The position numbers and the translations under genes are program-made. A stretch of 64,000 bases of DNA, taken from Halodesulfurarchaeum sp. (GTDB taxonomy: Archaea > Halobacteriota > Halobacteria > Halobacteriales > Halobacteriaceae). Below, one piece after another: positions 20,804 through 30,935 of this stretch (positions within the stretch are counted from its first letter, which is position 1; the number at the start of each line of letters is the position of its first letter). The notes below the pieces were generated by a model. The model was not told the DNA's origin. It saw nothing but the letters and a program-made list of their open reading frames with translations, and searched no databases. The DNA lies in contig JAXHNL010000002.1 in NCBI GenBank assembly GCA_034520565.1, positions 672,001 through 736,000 on the forward strand. Reading direction: 5' to 3'.

Positions 20804-20945
20804 CCGTGTCCTCGGGCCTGCGGATCGTGGCCGTTCGGGTGACTCCTCCGCGAAAGCCCCGAAAGCAGCTCCCGGGCTGTGAAACGGGGCGATGCACCGG
20901 TTCGACCGAAAGGGTTTACGCGGCTGGGACCGCTAACGACGGGTA

Positions 20946-21314
20946 ATGTATGGAAACACGCCGTACGCGGGCCGGCTGGGCGAGGGGGAGCGCCCGGAGG
21001 TTTCGCCCGCGACGCGGCGGGCCCTCAAGGAGCGGATTTCACACGTCGAGAAGCGGACTCGCCGGCACCTGCCGGACGAGTATCAGGTCGGGTCCCGTGT
21101 CGCGCGATCGAGCGACGGAGCCCAGGTAACCGTCTCGGTGCGCCCACCGATCGGGAACCCGGTCAGCGCGGGGTTCACGCCGGACCTTTCGGGCTCGGCG
21201 GCGGACCCGATCCCGGTCGAAGATATCGAGGAGGTCGCTCGCGGCCTCGCGGCGAGTGCGGCCCTCCAGGTCAAACAGGCACTGGACGACGACGTGCCGC
21301 CGATGGCACGATAG
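20946..21314 (+). CDS. Conserved haloarchaeal hypothetical protein (DUF5811-like)
   Basis: MYGNTPY...VRPPIGNPVSAGF...GLAASAALQVKQ. Confidence 0.75.
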   Translation: MYGNTPYAGRLGEGERPEVSPATRRALKERISHVEKRTRRHLPDEYQVGSRVARSSDGAQVTVSVRPPIGNPVSAGFTPDLSGSAADPIPVEDIEEVARGLAASAALQVKQALDDDVPPMAR

Positions 21315-21408
21315 AACGTTCCGGAACGTAACTGGCAGTTCGGGTCGCCGATTCCGGTTAGAAGTAGACAGTCCGGTTTTCCCCTCGACACCACGACCCC
21401 GGAACCGG

Positions 21409-21546
21409 CTAGCTGGGCCGACAGGTCGGACAGGTGTGGTCTTCCCCGTAATCGACCAGCCCGACGGCCTTCCGCCCGGTGTGTCGCCAGAAGTCTTTGC
21501 AGCTGGGGCACTCTCTGATCTGGTGGAACTGGGTGGCGTGTTGCAT
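21409..21546 (-). CDS. 45-aa CPxC zinc-finger microprotein (not in ORF track)
   Basis: Manual translation MQHATQFHQIRECPSCKDFWRHTGRKAVGLVDYGEDHTCPTCRPS*; AT-rich upstream region. Confidence 0.6.
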   Translation of the reverse strand: MQHATQFHQIRECPSCKDFWRHTGRKAVGLVDYGEDHTCPTCRPS

Positions 21547-21719
21547 CACACCGTATCCATCATGGTTGTGCACTTAAGGATTGTCCTGAATGAAGGGCTA
21601 ACAATAGTAGGTCATTAATGGCATATTAACATCGATCGCATCGCCGGCCGTCTCCGTCCAACTCGGACCAGGGCACCGGTTTGACACCGATGGCGGTTCG
21701 GCGCGCGGGTGTGAGGATT

Positions 21720-21890
21720 TCAGGCGGACTCTCGGAATTCGTTCACCAGCATCGGCGCGATGACGCCGAGGAAAATCAGGACTGCCAGTCCGGCTTCCGT
21801 CGGGAGGTCGGTCCACTCCACGGTGGCGAAACTCGCAGCGATCGCCACGAATACGAAGCCGCCGATGACCCTGTTCTCCCGAGAGACCAT
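21720..21890 (-). CDS. 56-aa two-TM membrane microprotein (not in ORF track)
   Basis: MVSRENRVIGGFVFVAIAASFATVEWTDLPTEAGLAVLIFLGVIAPMLVNEFRESA*; starts 3 nt after the infB stop. Confidence 0.65.
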   Translation of the reverse strand: MVSRENRVIGGFVFVAIAASFATVEWTDLPTEAGLAVLIFLGVIAPMLVNEFRESA

Positions 21891-21893
21891 GGG

Positions 21894-23693
21894 CTATTTG
21901 CCCCAGAACGGATCCTGCTTCCGGCGCTTTTCGAGGAACATGGACAGGGCCTCCCGTTCGTCGGCCGGCAGGTCCTCGCGGAGTTCCTGTTCGAGCACCT
22001 TGGCGTGGTTCTCCGGCAGGTCGACCCAGAGGACGTCCTCCTCGTCGATCCCGCGACCGACCGTCGGTCCCTCGATGGAGACGGCGGCTCGCTCGCCGGC
22101 CCGCAACGTCTCGAGGTCCTCGCCCTCGTCCTGAATCGTCTTCAGCACGCCGACCCGCTCGAAGTCGCCGTTCTCCAGGAATCCGACGGGGACGTTCCGG
22201 CCGAGGGTTCCCGTCGCAACCTCCACGCCGACGACCGCTGGCCCGGACTGCCGGAAGACGTGATCGCGGAGGATTCGGAACCGGGCGGGCCTGATGACGT
22301 TCTCGAAGACGGCCTCGCGCTGCCGCTCGCGGATCTCCTCGACGAATGCTTCGTAGTCCTCGATGAGCTGGTAGATGACGTCGTCCTCGAAGATTCGCAC
22401 CCCCGCCTCGGCGGCGGCTTCGGCGGCGTCGGCGTGCACGTCAACGTTGAACCCGAGGATCGCCTGGTGGGTCCCCTCCTCGGCCGTGGAGGCGACGCTC
22501 ACGTCCCGCGGGGCGACGTCCCCGACCTCCGCCCGGAGGATCGGGATCTCGGCCTCGCGCAGCGAGTTGGCGATGGCTTCGAGGCTCCCCAGGGTGTCGG
22601 CCTTGACGACGATCCCGTCCTCGTCGGTTTCGACGGCCACCTCGGCCAGTTCCTCCTCGACTGCCGCGACGACGGCGTCGGTCTCTCGATCGCCGACCAC
22701 CCGGACTGGTGCCCCTGACATGGCGTCCTCGAGGTCCGGGGCGGCGATCTTCAGTCCCATCGCCGCGGAAACCGACTCGACCTGCTCGAAGCGTTTCTCC
22801 GTGCGGATCTCCGCGAGGTCCCGCGGCTGCAGCAGGGCACGCACGGTGGTGACGATCGGGCCCTGGGTGCCGCCGACGACGATGGTATCGCCCTCCTCGA
22901 TCGTGCCGTCATAGAGGATCACGTCGAGTGTCGAGCCGAAGCCCCGCTCCTCGGTGACCTCGAGGACGGTCCCGGCGCCCGGGCCCGCGATGTCGATCTC
23001 CATCTCCGTGCTCATGTAGCGCTGGGCCAGCCCCATCAGGACCGCGAGCAGATCCGGAATCCCCTCGCCGGTCTCCGCGCTCACGGGGATCACGCCGACG
23101 TTCCTCTGGAAGTCCGAGACCCGCCAGTAGAAGTCCGCGGAGAAGCCCGCATCCGAGAGGTCGCCGATGATCTTGTAGAGGTGCTCGTCGAGGGTCGACC
23201 TGACCCGGTCGCTCTGGGCGTCGTAACTGGCCTTGCTGGGGGAATCGGGGTTCGGATTCCATCCCGGAATCGTGTCGATCTTGTTCGCGGCGACGACGAA
23301 GGGCGTCTCGCTGTCCTGAAGGATCGAGACGGCCTCGTGGGTCTGGGGCTGGAACCCGTCGGTCACGTCGACGACGAGGATCGCGATGTCCGCGAGCGCG
23401 CCGCCGCGGGCCCGGAGGGTCGTGAACGCGTGATGGCCCGGCGTGTCGATGAAAAGGAGACCCGGCAGGTCGAACTCGGTCGGGTCGACCAGGTCACCCG
23501 CGATGGCCGAGACGATATCGAGTGGGACTGCGGTCGCGCCGATGTGCTGGGTGATGGCCCCCGATTCGCCCTCGCTCACGGCGGAGCCTCGAACCGTATC
23601 GAGGAGACTCGTCTTGCCGTGATCGACGTGGCCCAGGACGGCCACGATTGGGGTGCGAAACGCGTCGGCGTGGTCTGGCTCGGAATCGGACAT
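21894..23693 (-). CDS. infB: Translation initiation factor aIF5B/IF-2
   Basis: GHVDHGKT, ITQHIGA, DTPGH, NKID; start MSDSEP. Confidence 0.97.
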   Translation of the reverse strand: MSDSEPDHADAFRTPIVAVLGHVDHGKTSLLDTVRGSAVSEGESGAITQHIGATAVPLDIVSAIAGDLVDPTEFDLPGLLFIDTPGHHAFTTLRARGGALADIAILVVDVTDGFQPQTHEAVSILQDSETPFVVAANKIDTIPGWNPNPDSPSKASYDAQSDRVRSTLDEHLYKIIGDLSDAGFSADFYWRVSDFQRNVGVIPVSAETGEGIPDLLAVLMGLAQRYMSTEMEIDIAGPGAGTVLEVTEERGFGSTLDVILYDGTIEEGDTIVVGGTQGPIVTTVRALLQPRDLAEIRTEKRFEQVESVSAAMGLKIAAPDLEDAMSGAPVRVVGDRETDAVVAAVEEELAEVAVETDEDGIVVKADTLGSLEAIANSLREAEIPILRAEVGDVAPRDVSVASTAEEGTHQAILGFNVDVHADAAEAAAEAGVRIFEDDVIYQLIEDYEAFVEEIRERQREAVFENVIRPARFRILRDHVFRQSGPAVVGVEVATGTLGRNVPVGFLENGDFERVGVLKTIQDEGEDLETLRAGERAAVSIEGPTVGRGIDEEDVLWVDLPENHAKVLEQELREDLPADEREALSMFLEKRRKQDPFWGK

Positions 23694-23894
23694 AGAACTC
23701 TCCGAGAAACTCGGTACCAGAACAATCCCGTCGCCGGCAGTTAACTCCATCGTCGTGGGGCCGTGGCTGGCGGGTATCCACCCGGCAGGTCGCCCTGGGA
23801 CCCACGCCGGCTGCCACCCGGCAGGTCCGACCCGACCGGCAGACCTCCGGCCCGGCCCACGGCATTTAAGGTCGCGGGTCGAGTTTCCCCGTGT

Positions 23895-24137
23895 ATGGCC
23901 GATATGCTCGCTGAAACGCTCTCCGGAAAGTCGGTGATGGGGGCCGACGGCACCGAACTCGGGGAGCTGTACAACGTGACGATGGACCTGGAAACCGGAC
24001 GGCTCGAACACCTGCTGGTCGCGCCACTCGAGGAGGGGTCGGCCGAGGTCGACTTCCCGACCGACGACGAGGGCCGCTTCGAGATCCCGGTCTCCCGGGT
24101 GCAGGCGGTCAAGGACTACATCGTCGTCGAGCGGTAG
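23895..24137 (+). CDS. PRC-barrel domain protein
   Basis: LSGKSVMGADGTELG...IPVSRVQAVKDYIVV. Confidence 0.88.
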   Translation: MADMLAETLSGKSVMGADGTELGELYNVTMDLETGRLEHLLVAPLEEGSAEVDFPTDDEGRFEIPVSRVQAVKDYIVVER

Positions 24138-24596
24138 ATGTACGTGCTCGACGCGTCGGCGTTCATCGAGGAGTTCGAGACGGAGGACCCGGTCGCGACC
24201 ATTCCCGCCGTCCGCGAGGAACTCAAAAACGGCGCGGGCTACCGATACGACGCCATGGAGGGGGCCGGTATGCACGTCCACATTCCGGACGCCGACGTGC
24301 TCGACCGCGTCCGTCGCGCCGCGGATTCGACCGGTGACCTCGAGGTGCTTTCCGAGACCGACCTCCGGTTGCTCGCGGCGGCCTACGAACTCGACGGGAC
24401 GCTGGTGACCGACGATTACGCCATGCAGAACGTCGCCGAATCCCTCGAACTCGCCACGGAGGTCGTCGCCCAGGACGGCATCACGGAGCGCCGGGACTGG
24501 CACTTCCAGTGTCAGGGCTGTGGCCGGGAGTTCGAGGAGCACCACGACCGCTGTCCGGTCTGTGGGTCAGGTCTGGCACGGAAGAACCCGAGCTAA
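24138..24596 (+). CDS. nob1: NOB1 family PIN endonuclease
   Basis: VLDASAFI, LSETD, TDDYAMQNVA, CQGC...CPVCG. Confidence 0.92.
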   Translation: MYVLDASAFIEEFETEDPVATIPAVREELKNGAGYRYDAMEGAGMHVHIPDADVLDRVRRAADSTGDLEVLSETDLRLLAAAYELDGTLVTDDYAMQNVAESLELATEVVAQDGITERRDWHFQCQGCGREFEEHHDRCPVCGSGLARKNPS

Positions 24597-24665
24597 CCGG
24601 GGACTAACCTGTGGACCGCGTCCACACTGGCAGGGACGGCCCGTCGGCGGCCCCCAACCGGCCCA

Positions 24666-25748
24666 TCACAGCACGCCGGCCGTGATTGCGAGGTAGGCGA
24701 GTCCGAACTGCACCGCGTTGTAGGTCCCGTGGACCAGCGCCGGGACCACTACGTTTTCCGTCCGCTCGTAAACGATCCCCAGCACCAGCGAGATGACGAA
24801 CAGTTGGATGAGCGTCGCGAAGATCGCCGGCGGCGGGCCGGTCGCGTAGGCTGGCAGGTGGATCGCCGTGAACACGAGTGTCCCCACCAGCACCGCTGCC
24901 GGTCGGGAGAACCCGTCGTAAAGGTGCTTTTGCACGATGTTCCGCGAGAGCAGTTCCTCCCCCGGCCCGATCACGAACCAGGAAAGCGGGACGAACGCGA
25001 GGAGAAGCAACGGGGCCTCGCGGGCCTGTTCGACCAGCCCGTGCTCGGCGGAGGGAATGCCGAGTACCTCCGTCAGGGCACCCAACCCGCCGAGCAACAC
25101 GAACATCGTGATCGTCCCGCCGATCACGTAAAGCCATCCCCGCTTCGTGGGTAGCGCGATGTCGATGAACGACCACCCGCGGTCGGTCAGCACGAGATAG
25201 CCGACGGCGACGACGCCGAGCCCGAGGCTGAACGCGACGGTTCCAAGCCCGCTGCTCGCGATCGTCCCGCTGTCGGCGAACGCGAAGAAACTCGCCATCG
25301 AAAACAGGAACCCGACGAGCAGCCCTGTGAGGCCGATGAACAGGGCGTCGGCGGCATATCGGCCCCGCAAGAGTACCGCCCGCCGATCCTGGTCCAGATA
25401 GTCGGCGACCGCGACGCCGACGCCGAGGAGACCGACGACGAAAGCGATCGGCAATCCGAGTCCCACTCCCGTCCCCGTCATCGCCGAGGGATGGAGAACC
25501 GCGACGCTCGCCGCCGCCACCAGTCCGCCCGACCCGGCCCCGGCGAGCACGCTCAAACGTCGGTCCGTGGCGCCGTAGCGGCGCGCAGCGAACCCCGCGA
25601 ACGCGAGCAGGCCGAAGACCAGACCGGGAACGCTCTCGACCGGGCCGACGGCGACGGGGTCGGTCCACCGCAGAAAACCGGTGGCCACGCCGAGTCCGGC
25701 CAGGACGAACCCGAGCGAGGGAGCGAATCGCTCCGCGGTCCCGTTCAT
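24666..25748 (-). CDS. CPBP (CAAX/Abi) intramembrane protease
   Basis: EELLSR, FTAIH, HGTYN motifs. Confidence 0.88.
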   Translation of the reverse strand: MNGTAERFAPSLGFVLAGLGVATGFLRWTDPVAVGPVESVPGLVFGLLAFAGFAARRYGATDRRLSVLAGAGSGGLVAAASVAVLHPSAMTGTGVGLGLPIAFVVGLLGVGVAVADYLDQDRRAVLLRGRYAADALFIGLTGLLVGFLFSMASFFAFADSGTIASSGLGTVAFSLGLGVVAVGYLVLTDRGWSFIDIALPTKRGWLYVIGGTITMFVLLGGLGALTEVLGIPSAEHGLVEQAREAPLLLLAFVPLSWFVIGPGEELLSRNIVQKHLYDGFSRPAAVLVGTLVFTAIHLPAYATGPPPAIFATLIQLFVISLVLGIVYERTENVVVPALVHGTYNAVQFGLAYLAITAGVL

Positions 25749-25782
25749 CCGGTGTCACCACCTCCTCCCGGCTCGGGATGGC

Positions 25783-27093
25783 TCATTCGAATGGATCCCC
25801 CGTTTCGGTACTGTCGGACTCGATCACGAGGTCGTCGTTCGCGTCGAGCGTTCGCTCGCCCCGGAGGAGTTCCCGGGCGGTCTCCTTGCCCCACTCGACG
25901 GCCGGCTGCGTGAACGTCTCGACCCCGGCGAGTTCGCCGGCCATGATGCAGGCCGCTTCCATGGTGTAGAGCAGTTCGCCGATCCCCGCGGCGTCGAGGG
26001 CCGGGATCTCGATCCGGATCGTCGGGACGCCGGACTTCCGGAGACTCGCCTCGGTCGCCTCGAACTCCGCGTCGATCAGGTCCCGGAGATCGCTCCCGCC
26101 GAGAGACGAGAGCGCCTCGTGTTCGGCGTTCGGGATCGGAACACTGGGTCGCTCCCGCGGGCGCACGAGGGTCACCACTTTGTCCGTCGGGCCGGCCCGG
26201 TAGAGCTGGAGCTGGGAGTGTTGATCGGTCACCCCGAGTGCCCGCACCGGGGTCTGGCCTCGATCGTCCTTGCCGAGGCTCTCGGCCCAGAGCTGGGCGA
26301 ACCACTCCGCGAAGGGCTCCAGCGCCTCGGCGTAGGGCATCATCGCGGCGACGGTCGCGCCCCGCTCCTCGAGGGCGTACATGGTGGCCCCGTAGGCGTA
26401 GGCCGGGGACTCGAAGAGCGAGGCAGAAAGCGAGTCGGCCGCCCGTTTTCCACCACGGAGGATCGTCTCGAGGTCCAGTCCCTCGAAGGCGGCCGCCGCG
26501 AGGCCAACTGCCGAGAGCGCGGAAAACCGGCCGGGGACCCCCTCGGGAACCGGGAGTGTGGGAAGGTCGTGACGTTCGGCGAGCGAGCGAAGCGGGCCCG
26601 ACTCCCCTGTCGTGACGACCGTCCGCTCGGTCCAGTCCACCCCTGCCTCGGTCATCGCCTCGCGAATCACGAGGAAGTTCCCGAGCGTTTCGGCGGTCGT
26701 CCCCGACCGGGAGACCACGTTCATCGCGACCGTCGAGAGGTCCAGGTCCTCGAGGAGCGCGGCGGTCTCGGCCGGGTCGACGTTGTCGAGAAACCGGGTG
26801 TCGCCGCTTCCGTCGAGGGCGCCCGTGATCGTCGCCGCGCCGAGAGCGCTCCCGCCGATGCCGACGGTCAGGAAGGTTTCTGCCGGGCGGATTTCCTCGA
26901 CTGCGGCCTCGATCGGGCCCGGATCGGTCCGCTCAGGGAGGTTCAGGGCCGCGTAGCCGTGCTCCTCGTCGCGCCGTCCGGTCTCGATCCGGTCGGCGGC
27001 AGTTGCCACCCGCTCGTCGAGGGCCTCGAGATCGGCGCGGGAGACCCCGATCGGGCCGTGCTCGGCGAGGGCGTATCCGAGATGAACTCGCAT
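25783..27093 (-). CDS. pgi: Glucose-6-phosphate isomerase
   Basis: GIGGSALG, SRSGTTAET, GRFS, QLWAESLGK, DQHS, QPAVEWGK. Confidence 0.95.
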   Translation of the reverse strand: MRVHLGYALAEHGPIGVSRADLEALDERVATAADRIETGRRDEEHGYAALNLPERTDPGPIEAAVEEIRPAETFLTVGIGGSALGAATITGALDGSGDTRFLDNVDPAETAALLEDLDLSTVAMNVVSRSGTTAETLGNFLVIREAMTEAGVDWTERTVVTTGESGPLRSLAERHDLPTLPVPEGVPGRFSALSAVGLAAAAFEGLDLETILRGGKRAADSLSASLFESPAYAYGATMYALEERGATVAAMMPYAEALEPFAEWFAQLWAESLGKDDRGQTPVRALGVTDQHSQLQLYRAGPTDKVVTLVRPRERPSVPIPNAEHEALSSLGGSDLRDLIDAEFEATEASLRKSGVPTIRIEIPALDAAGIGELLYTMEAACIMAGELAGVETFTQPAVEWGKETARELLRGERTLDANDDLVIESDSTETGDPFE

Positions 27094-27168
27094 ACCTGCA
27101 GTGTGGGCCGGGGCCCTAAGTCGTTTTCCGGTTCGACGGAACGCGCTTCTCGAACGCCGAATCGTGGA

Positions 27169-27774
27169 TCAGCGCGGTTCGAACCGGGCGGCGAACGTCT
27201 CTTTGGACACGCCGGCCCAGCGCTGGCCGAGCAGGCCCACGATGAGCGCCCCGACGCCGTCGAAGAGGAGGTCGAGGATGGTGTCCTGCAGGCCGTACTG
27301 GATCAATAGCGGCTGCTTGCCGATCGACAAGGCGAGGAGCCGGCCGACGAACTCCGCCACTTCCCACGCGACGCCGGCGGCCATCGTGAACAGGATCACG
27401 TACAGGAAAAGGAAGTCAGGGGGCAGTGAGATGGACTCGGAGTGCTCGTCGAGGGCCCGGGCGAGCGCGTACCCGACGCTGGCCAAAAGCGCCGCCGAGA
27501 GGGTATGGGTCAGGTGATCCCACCACCAGATCGTCTCGTAGGGGCCGGCCATGCCGAGGGTGTGGAGGAGCACGGCGACTGCGATCCAGAGCGCGAGCAC
27601 CCGACCGACGGAAATCGCTGCAAACCGGGACAGCGCCCAGGGGAGGAGCATCGTCAGGAACCCGAGCAGGCCGTTGATCACGAGGACGAAGTCTCCCGCC
27701 AGGAGTCCGTACCCGACGATCGCGAGGACCAGTGCCTGAATGCCGCGGAACACGCTCGTACTGGGAGGCGCCAC
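27169..27774 (-). CDS. Membrane protein with WWDHLTH motif
   Basis: Several TM helices; WWDHLTH...WEVAEF...DTILDL. Confidence 0.75.
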   Translation of the reverse strand: MAPPSTSVFRGIQALVLAIVGYGLLAGDFVLVINGLLGFLTMLLPWALSRFAAISVGRVLALWIAVAVLLHTLGMAGPYETIWWWDHLTHTLSAALLASVGYALARALDEHSESISLPPDFLFLYVILFTMAAGVAWEVAEFVGRLLALSIGKQPLLIQYGLQDTILDLLFDGVGALIVGLLGQRWAGVSKETFAARFEPR

Positions 27775-27867
27775 GGCGGCAGTTCTCTCGGAAGTGTCAT
27801 AAGCCCAAACTTCTGACCTTCTTTAGGCGACAATTATTTAGCCGCCGGTCCTGTATTCCCGCCTACG

Positions 27868-28479
27868 ATGATGGCCACCACCCACGCGCTCGTGGGTATT
27901 GCAATCGCGGCCGGCGCTTCCCTGGCCGTCCCGGAAGTCACTGTCGTCGGCGCGTTCGCGGCTGCTGCCGGCGGCATATTTCCGGATCTCGATCTGTACG
28001 CGGGTCACCGCGAGACCCTCCATTTCCCGGTCTATTTCACGTGGCTGGCCGTGCCTGCCGTCGTGGTCGCGGCGATTCTCGCTGCGCCGCTCGTCTGGGC
28101 CATCGCGCTCTTTTTCGTCGCCGCCGCTGCCCACTCGGTCATGGATGCGGCGGGTGGCGGTCTCGAACTGCGCCCCTGGAAGGCCACCTCCGACCGGGCC
28201 GTCTACAGCCATTACCACGGGCGATGGCTCCGTCCCCGGCGATACGTGCCCTACGACGGGGCCCCCGAAGACCTCGCGCTGGGCGGCCTGGTTGCCATCC
28301 CGGGGCTCCTCGTCTTCGATGGCCCCCTTGCGACGGCGATTCTGGTGTTACTGGGCCTTTCGGCTGTCTACACGCTCGTTCGCAAGCCAATGGTCGCCGT
28401 CGCGGAGTGGCTCTTCGAGCGGGTTCCCGGACCGATCCGGGCCAGACTTCCCGAGCGCTTCCTCGAGGAGACCGTTTGA
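27868..28479 (+). CDS. Membrane-bound metal-dependent hydrolase (YdjM-like)
   Basis: TH...PDLD...HRETLH...HSVMD. Confidence 0.85.
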   Translation: MMATTHALVGIAIAAGASLAVPEVTVVGAFAAAAGGIFPDLDLYAGHRETLHFPVYFTWLAVPAVVVAAILAAPLVWAIALFFVAAAAHSVMDAAGGGLELRPWKATSDRAVYSHYHGRWLRPRRYVPYDGAPEDLALGGLVAIPGLLVFDGPLATAILVLLGLSAVYTLVRKPMVAVAEWLFERVPGPIRARLPERFLEETV

Positions 28480-28524
28480 GCGAAGATACGAAGTCTTAAC
28501 CACCGGGCCGCCTCACAGCCCGAT

Positions 28525-29385
28525 ATGCCGCAGTTCGAGGTCCCGGAGGTCGATTACAGCCGGTACTCGAACCGCCAGCTTATGGCGATCCCGCTGGCGG
28601 TACTTCTCGCCGCGCTCCTGATCGTCGGCGGGATGTGGGTCCTGACCGGTTCGCCGGCCAACCTGGGAGTCGACTTTTCGGGTGGATCGGAACTGACCGT
28701 GGAAACCAGCCTGTCCTCGGCAGACCTCGCCTCGCAGTTCGACGAACCGGTCGTCTCCGTGCAGGGGATCGAGGGCGGAGACAACTACGTCGTGACCTTC
28801 GAGACCGCCAACGTCGGCTCGGTGCGGGAAACGGCCGATGCCCACGACTCGATTACCGTTCTCGGGAGCGGGGAGACCTCGCCGATCTTCGGCGACGAAA
28901 ACAAGAAGTGGGCGCTCATCGGCCTCGCGATCGCCTTCACGGGCATGAGTGTCCTCGCGTTCCTGCTCTTTCGGACCTTCATCCCGAGTCTGGCGATCGT
29001 CGTCTCGGCGTTCTCCGATATGCTCGTTCCGATCGCGGTGTTCAACCTGCTGGGGTTGAAGCTCTCTCTGGGGACCGTTGCCGCCCTGCTGATGCTCATC
29101 GGGTACTCCGTGGACTCGGACATCCTGTTGACGAATCACGTGCTCAGGCGCTCCGGTGACTTCTACGAATCGACCTACCGGGCCATGGAGACCGGTGTCA
29201 CCATGACGGTCACCTCCATTGCGGCCATGGCCGTGATGGGGATCGCGGCGACCTTCTTCGGGATCGAACTCATGGCCTCGATCGGACTCATTCTGGTCAT
29301 CGGCCTGAGTACCGACCTCGTCAACACCTACATGTTCAACGTCTCCCTGCTTCGCTGGTACAAGTACGAGGGGGTGGCCCGATGA
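28525..29385 (+). CDS. secF: Protein translocase subunit SecF
   Basis: LGVDFSGG, IGYSVDSDI. Confidence 0.95.
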   Translation: MPQFEVPEVDYSRYSNRQLMAIPLAVLLAALLIVGGMWVLTGSPANLGVDFSGGSELTVETSLSSADLASQFDEPVVSVQGIEGGDNYVVTFETANVGSVRETADAHDSITVLGSGETSPIFGDENKKWALIGLAIAFTGMSVLAFLLFRTFIPSLAIVVSAFSDMLVPIAVFNLLGLKLSLGTVAALLMLIGYSVDSDILLTNHVLRRSGDFYESTYRAMETGVTMTVTSIAAMAVMGIAATFFGIELMASIGLILVIGLSTDLVNTYMFNVSLLRWYKYEGVAR

Positions 29386-30932
29386 ACGTCCGTGACAACT
29401 GGCGGCTCGTCCTGCTCGTGGTCCTGATCGTGTTGAGCGGGGTCGCGCTGTTCGTCCCGGGTGCCCCGGCCGGGAGCGCCGACGACGGGACGGTGAGTCA
29501 GGCCGACGCGACGACGAACCTCCAGTACGGCATTCAGCTGAGCGGTGGCACTCGTATCCGCGCCCCGCCGGTGGGGATCACCGCCGAGGAGGTGGCGGTG
29601 CCGATCACCGAGGAAACCGCACTCGCCCAGTCGATCGCCGACCGCCTCGACGTCGATTCGATCGACGTGCGAGCCGCCAACGAAACCAACACGGTCGAGG
29701 TCTTCACGAAGGACGTGAGCGAATCGGACCTCCGGGCGGCCCTCGAGGCCGAGGGCTATGACCCCGGAGAAATCCGGACCGGCGTGACCGAACAAACCCT
29801 GAACGAACTGGTCGAACGCGTCGACGAGAAACTGACCGAGTCCGCCCTGAGCGGGGGCTCGGTTCAGAAGATCACCCTCGGGGGCCGCCAGGTCGTCAGT
29901 ATCACGGCTCCCGACCGCGACCGCGAGGAGCTCCTCTCGATTCTGGAAGACCGTGGTGTGGTCAGGATCTACGCCGTGACCTCGGCCGCGAACGGCACGT
30001 ACGCTCACACGCAGGTCTTGAGCCAGGACGAGTTCGCTCGGGTCGGCACCGCCCGGACGAACCAGGACGGCGAGCCGGGCGTCCAGGTGACGATCGACGA
30101 GGCCGTGGCCGAGTCCTTCTCGAATGAGATGGTGGAGTTGGGCTTCGGTGACGGCTCGACCTGTACGGCCGCCGCCGCGGACCACGATTCGGTCGAAACC
30201 ATCGAAGGAGACTGCATGGTGACGACGCTCAACGGCAACCCGGTCTTCGTCGGCGGCGTCGAGCTCAGTCTCGGCGAGGACTTCGTGAGCGGGGACTTCG
30301 CCAAGAGCCCCACCTTCACGATGACGACCACCTCGATGGAGGAGGCCCGGAACCTCGAGTTGAGCCTGAAGGCCGGTCGCCTGCCGGCCCCGCTGGACTT
30401 CGAGCAGGCCGACAGCCTCTCGCTCTCGCCGGCGCTCGCAGACCGGTTCAAGACCAACTCGCTGATCGTCGGGATCATGGCGGTGCTCGCGGTGAGCCTC
30501 GTGGTCTACTGGCGCTACCGGCGGCCCGAGGTCGCCGCCCCGATGGTCGTCACGGCGCTCTCGGAGGTGTTCATCCTGCTGGGATTCGTGGCTTTCGTCC
30601 AGTATCCGCTCAATCTCTCCCACATCGCCGGATTCATCGCGGTCATCGGGACGGGGGTGGACGACCTGATCATCATCGCCGACGAGATCCTCCAGCAGGG
30701 GGACGTGGCCACGGGCCGGGTGTTCCAGAGCCGCTTCCGGAAGGCCTTCTGGGTAATCGGCGCGGCCGCGGCGACGACCATCGTCGCGATGAGCCCGCTG
30801 ACGGTGCTCTCGCTGGGCGATCTCTCCGGCTTCGCGATCATCACCATCGTCGGGGTCCTTATCGGGGTCTTCATCACCCGACCCGCGTACGGTGACATCC
30901 TCCGGAACCTCGTGCTCGCCCGGCGGGACTGA
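29382..30932 (+). CDS. secD: Protein translocase subunit SecD
   Basis: LQYGIQLSGG, LKAGRLP, IGTGVDDLIII; coupled to secF. Confidence 0.95.
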   Translation: MNVRDNWRLVLLVVLIVLSGVALFVPGAPAGSADDGTVSQADATTNLQYGIQLSGGTRIRAPPVGITAEEVAVPITEETALAQSIADRLDVDSIDVRAANETNTVEVFTKDVSESDLRAALEAEGYDPGEIRTGVTEQTLNELVERVDEKLTESALSGGSVQKITLGGRQVVSITAPDRDREELLSILEDRGVVRIYAVTSAANGTYAHTQVLSQDEFARVGTARTNQDGEPGVQVTIDEAVAESFSNEMVELGFGDGSTCTAAAADHDSVETIEGDCMVTTLNGNPVFVGGVELSLGEDFVSGDFAKSPTFTMTTTSMEEARNLELSLKAGRLPAPLDFEQADSLSLSPALADRFKTNSLIVGIMAVLAVSLVVYWRYRRPEVAAPMVVTALSEVFILLGFVAFVQYPLNLSHIAGFIAVIGTGVDDLIIIADEILQQGDVATGRVFQSRFRKAFWVIGAAAATTIVAMSPLTVLSLGDLSGFAIITIVGVLIGVFITRPAYGDILRNLVLARRD

Positions 30933-30935
30933 CCG

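Noticed and set aside
23694-24545. Long N-terminal extension of aIF5B suggested by the 883-aa ORF
   Set aside because: Overlaps the PRC-barrel and nob1 genes on the other strand; the true start is at 23693.
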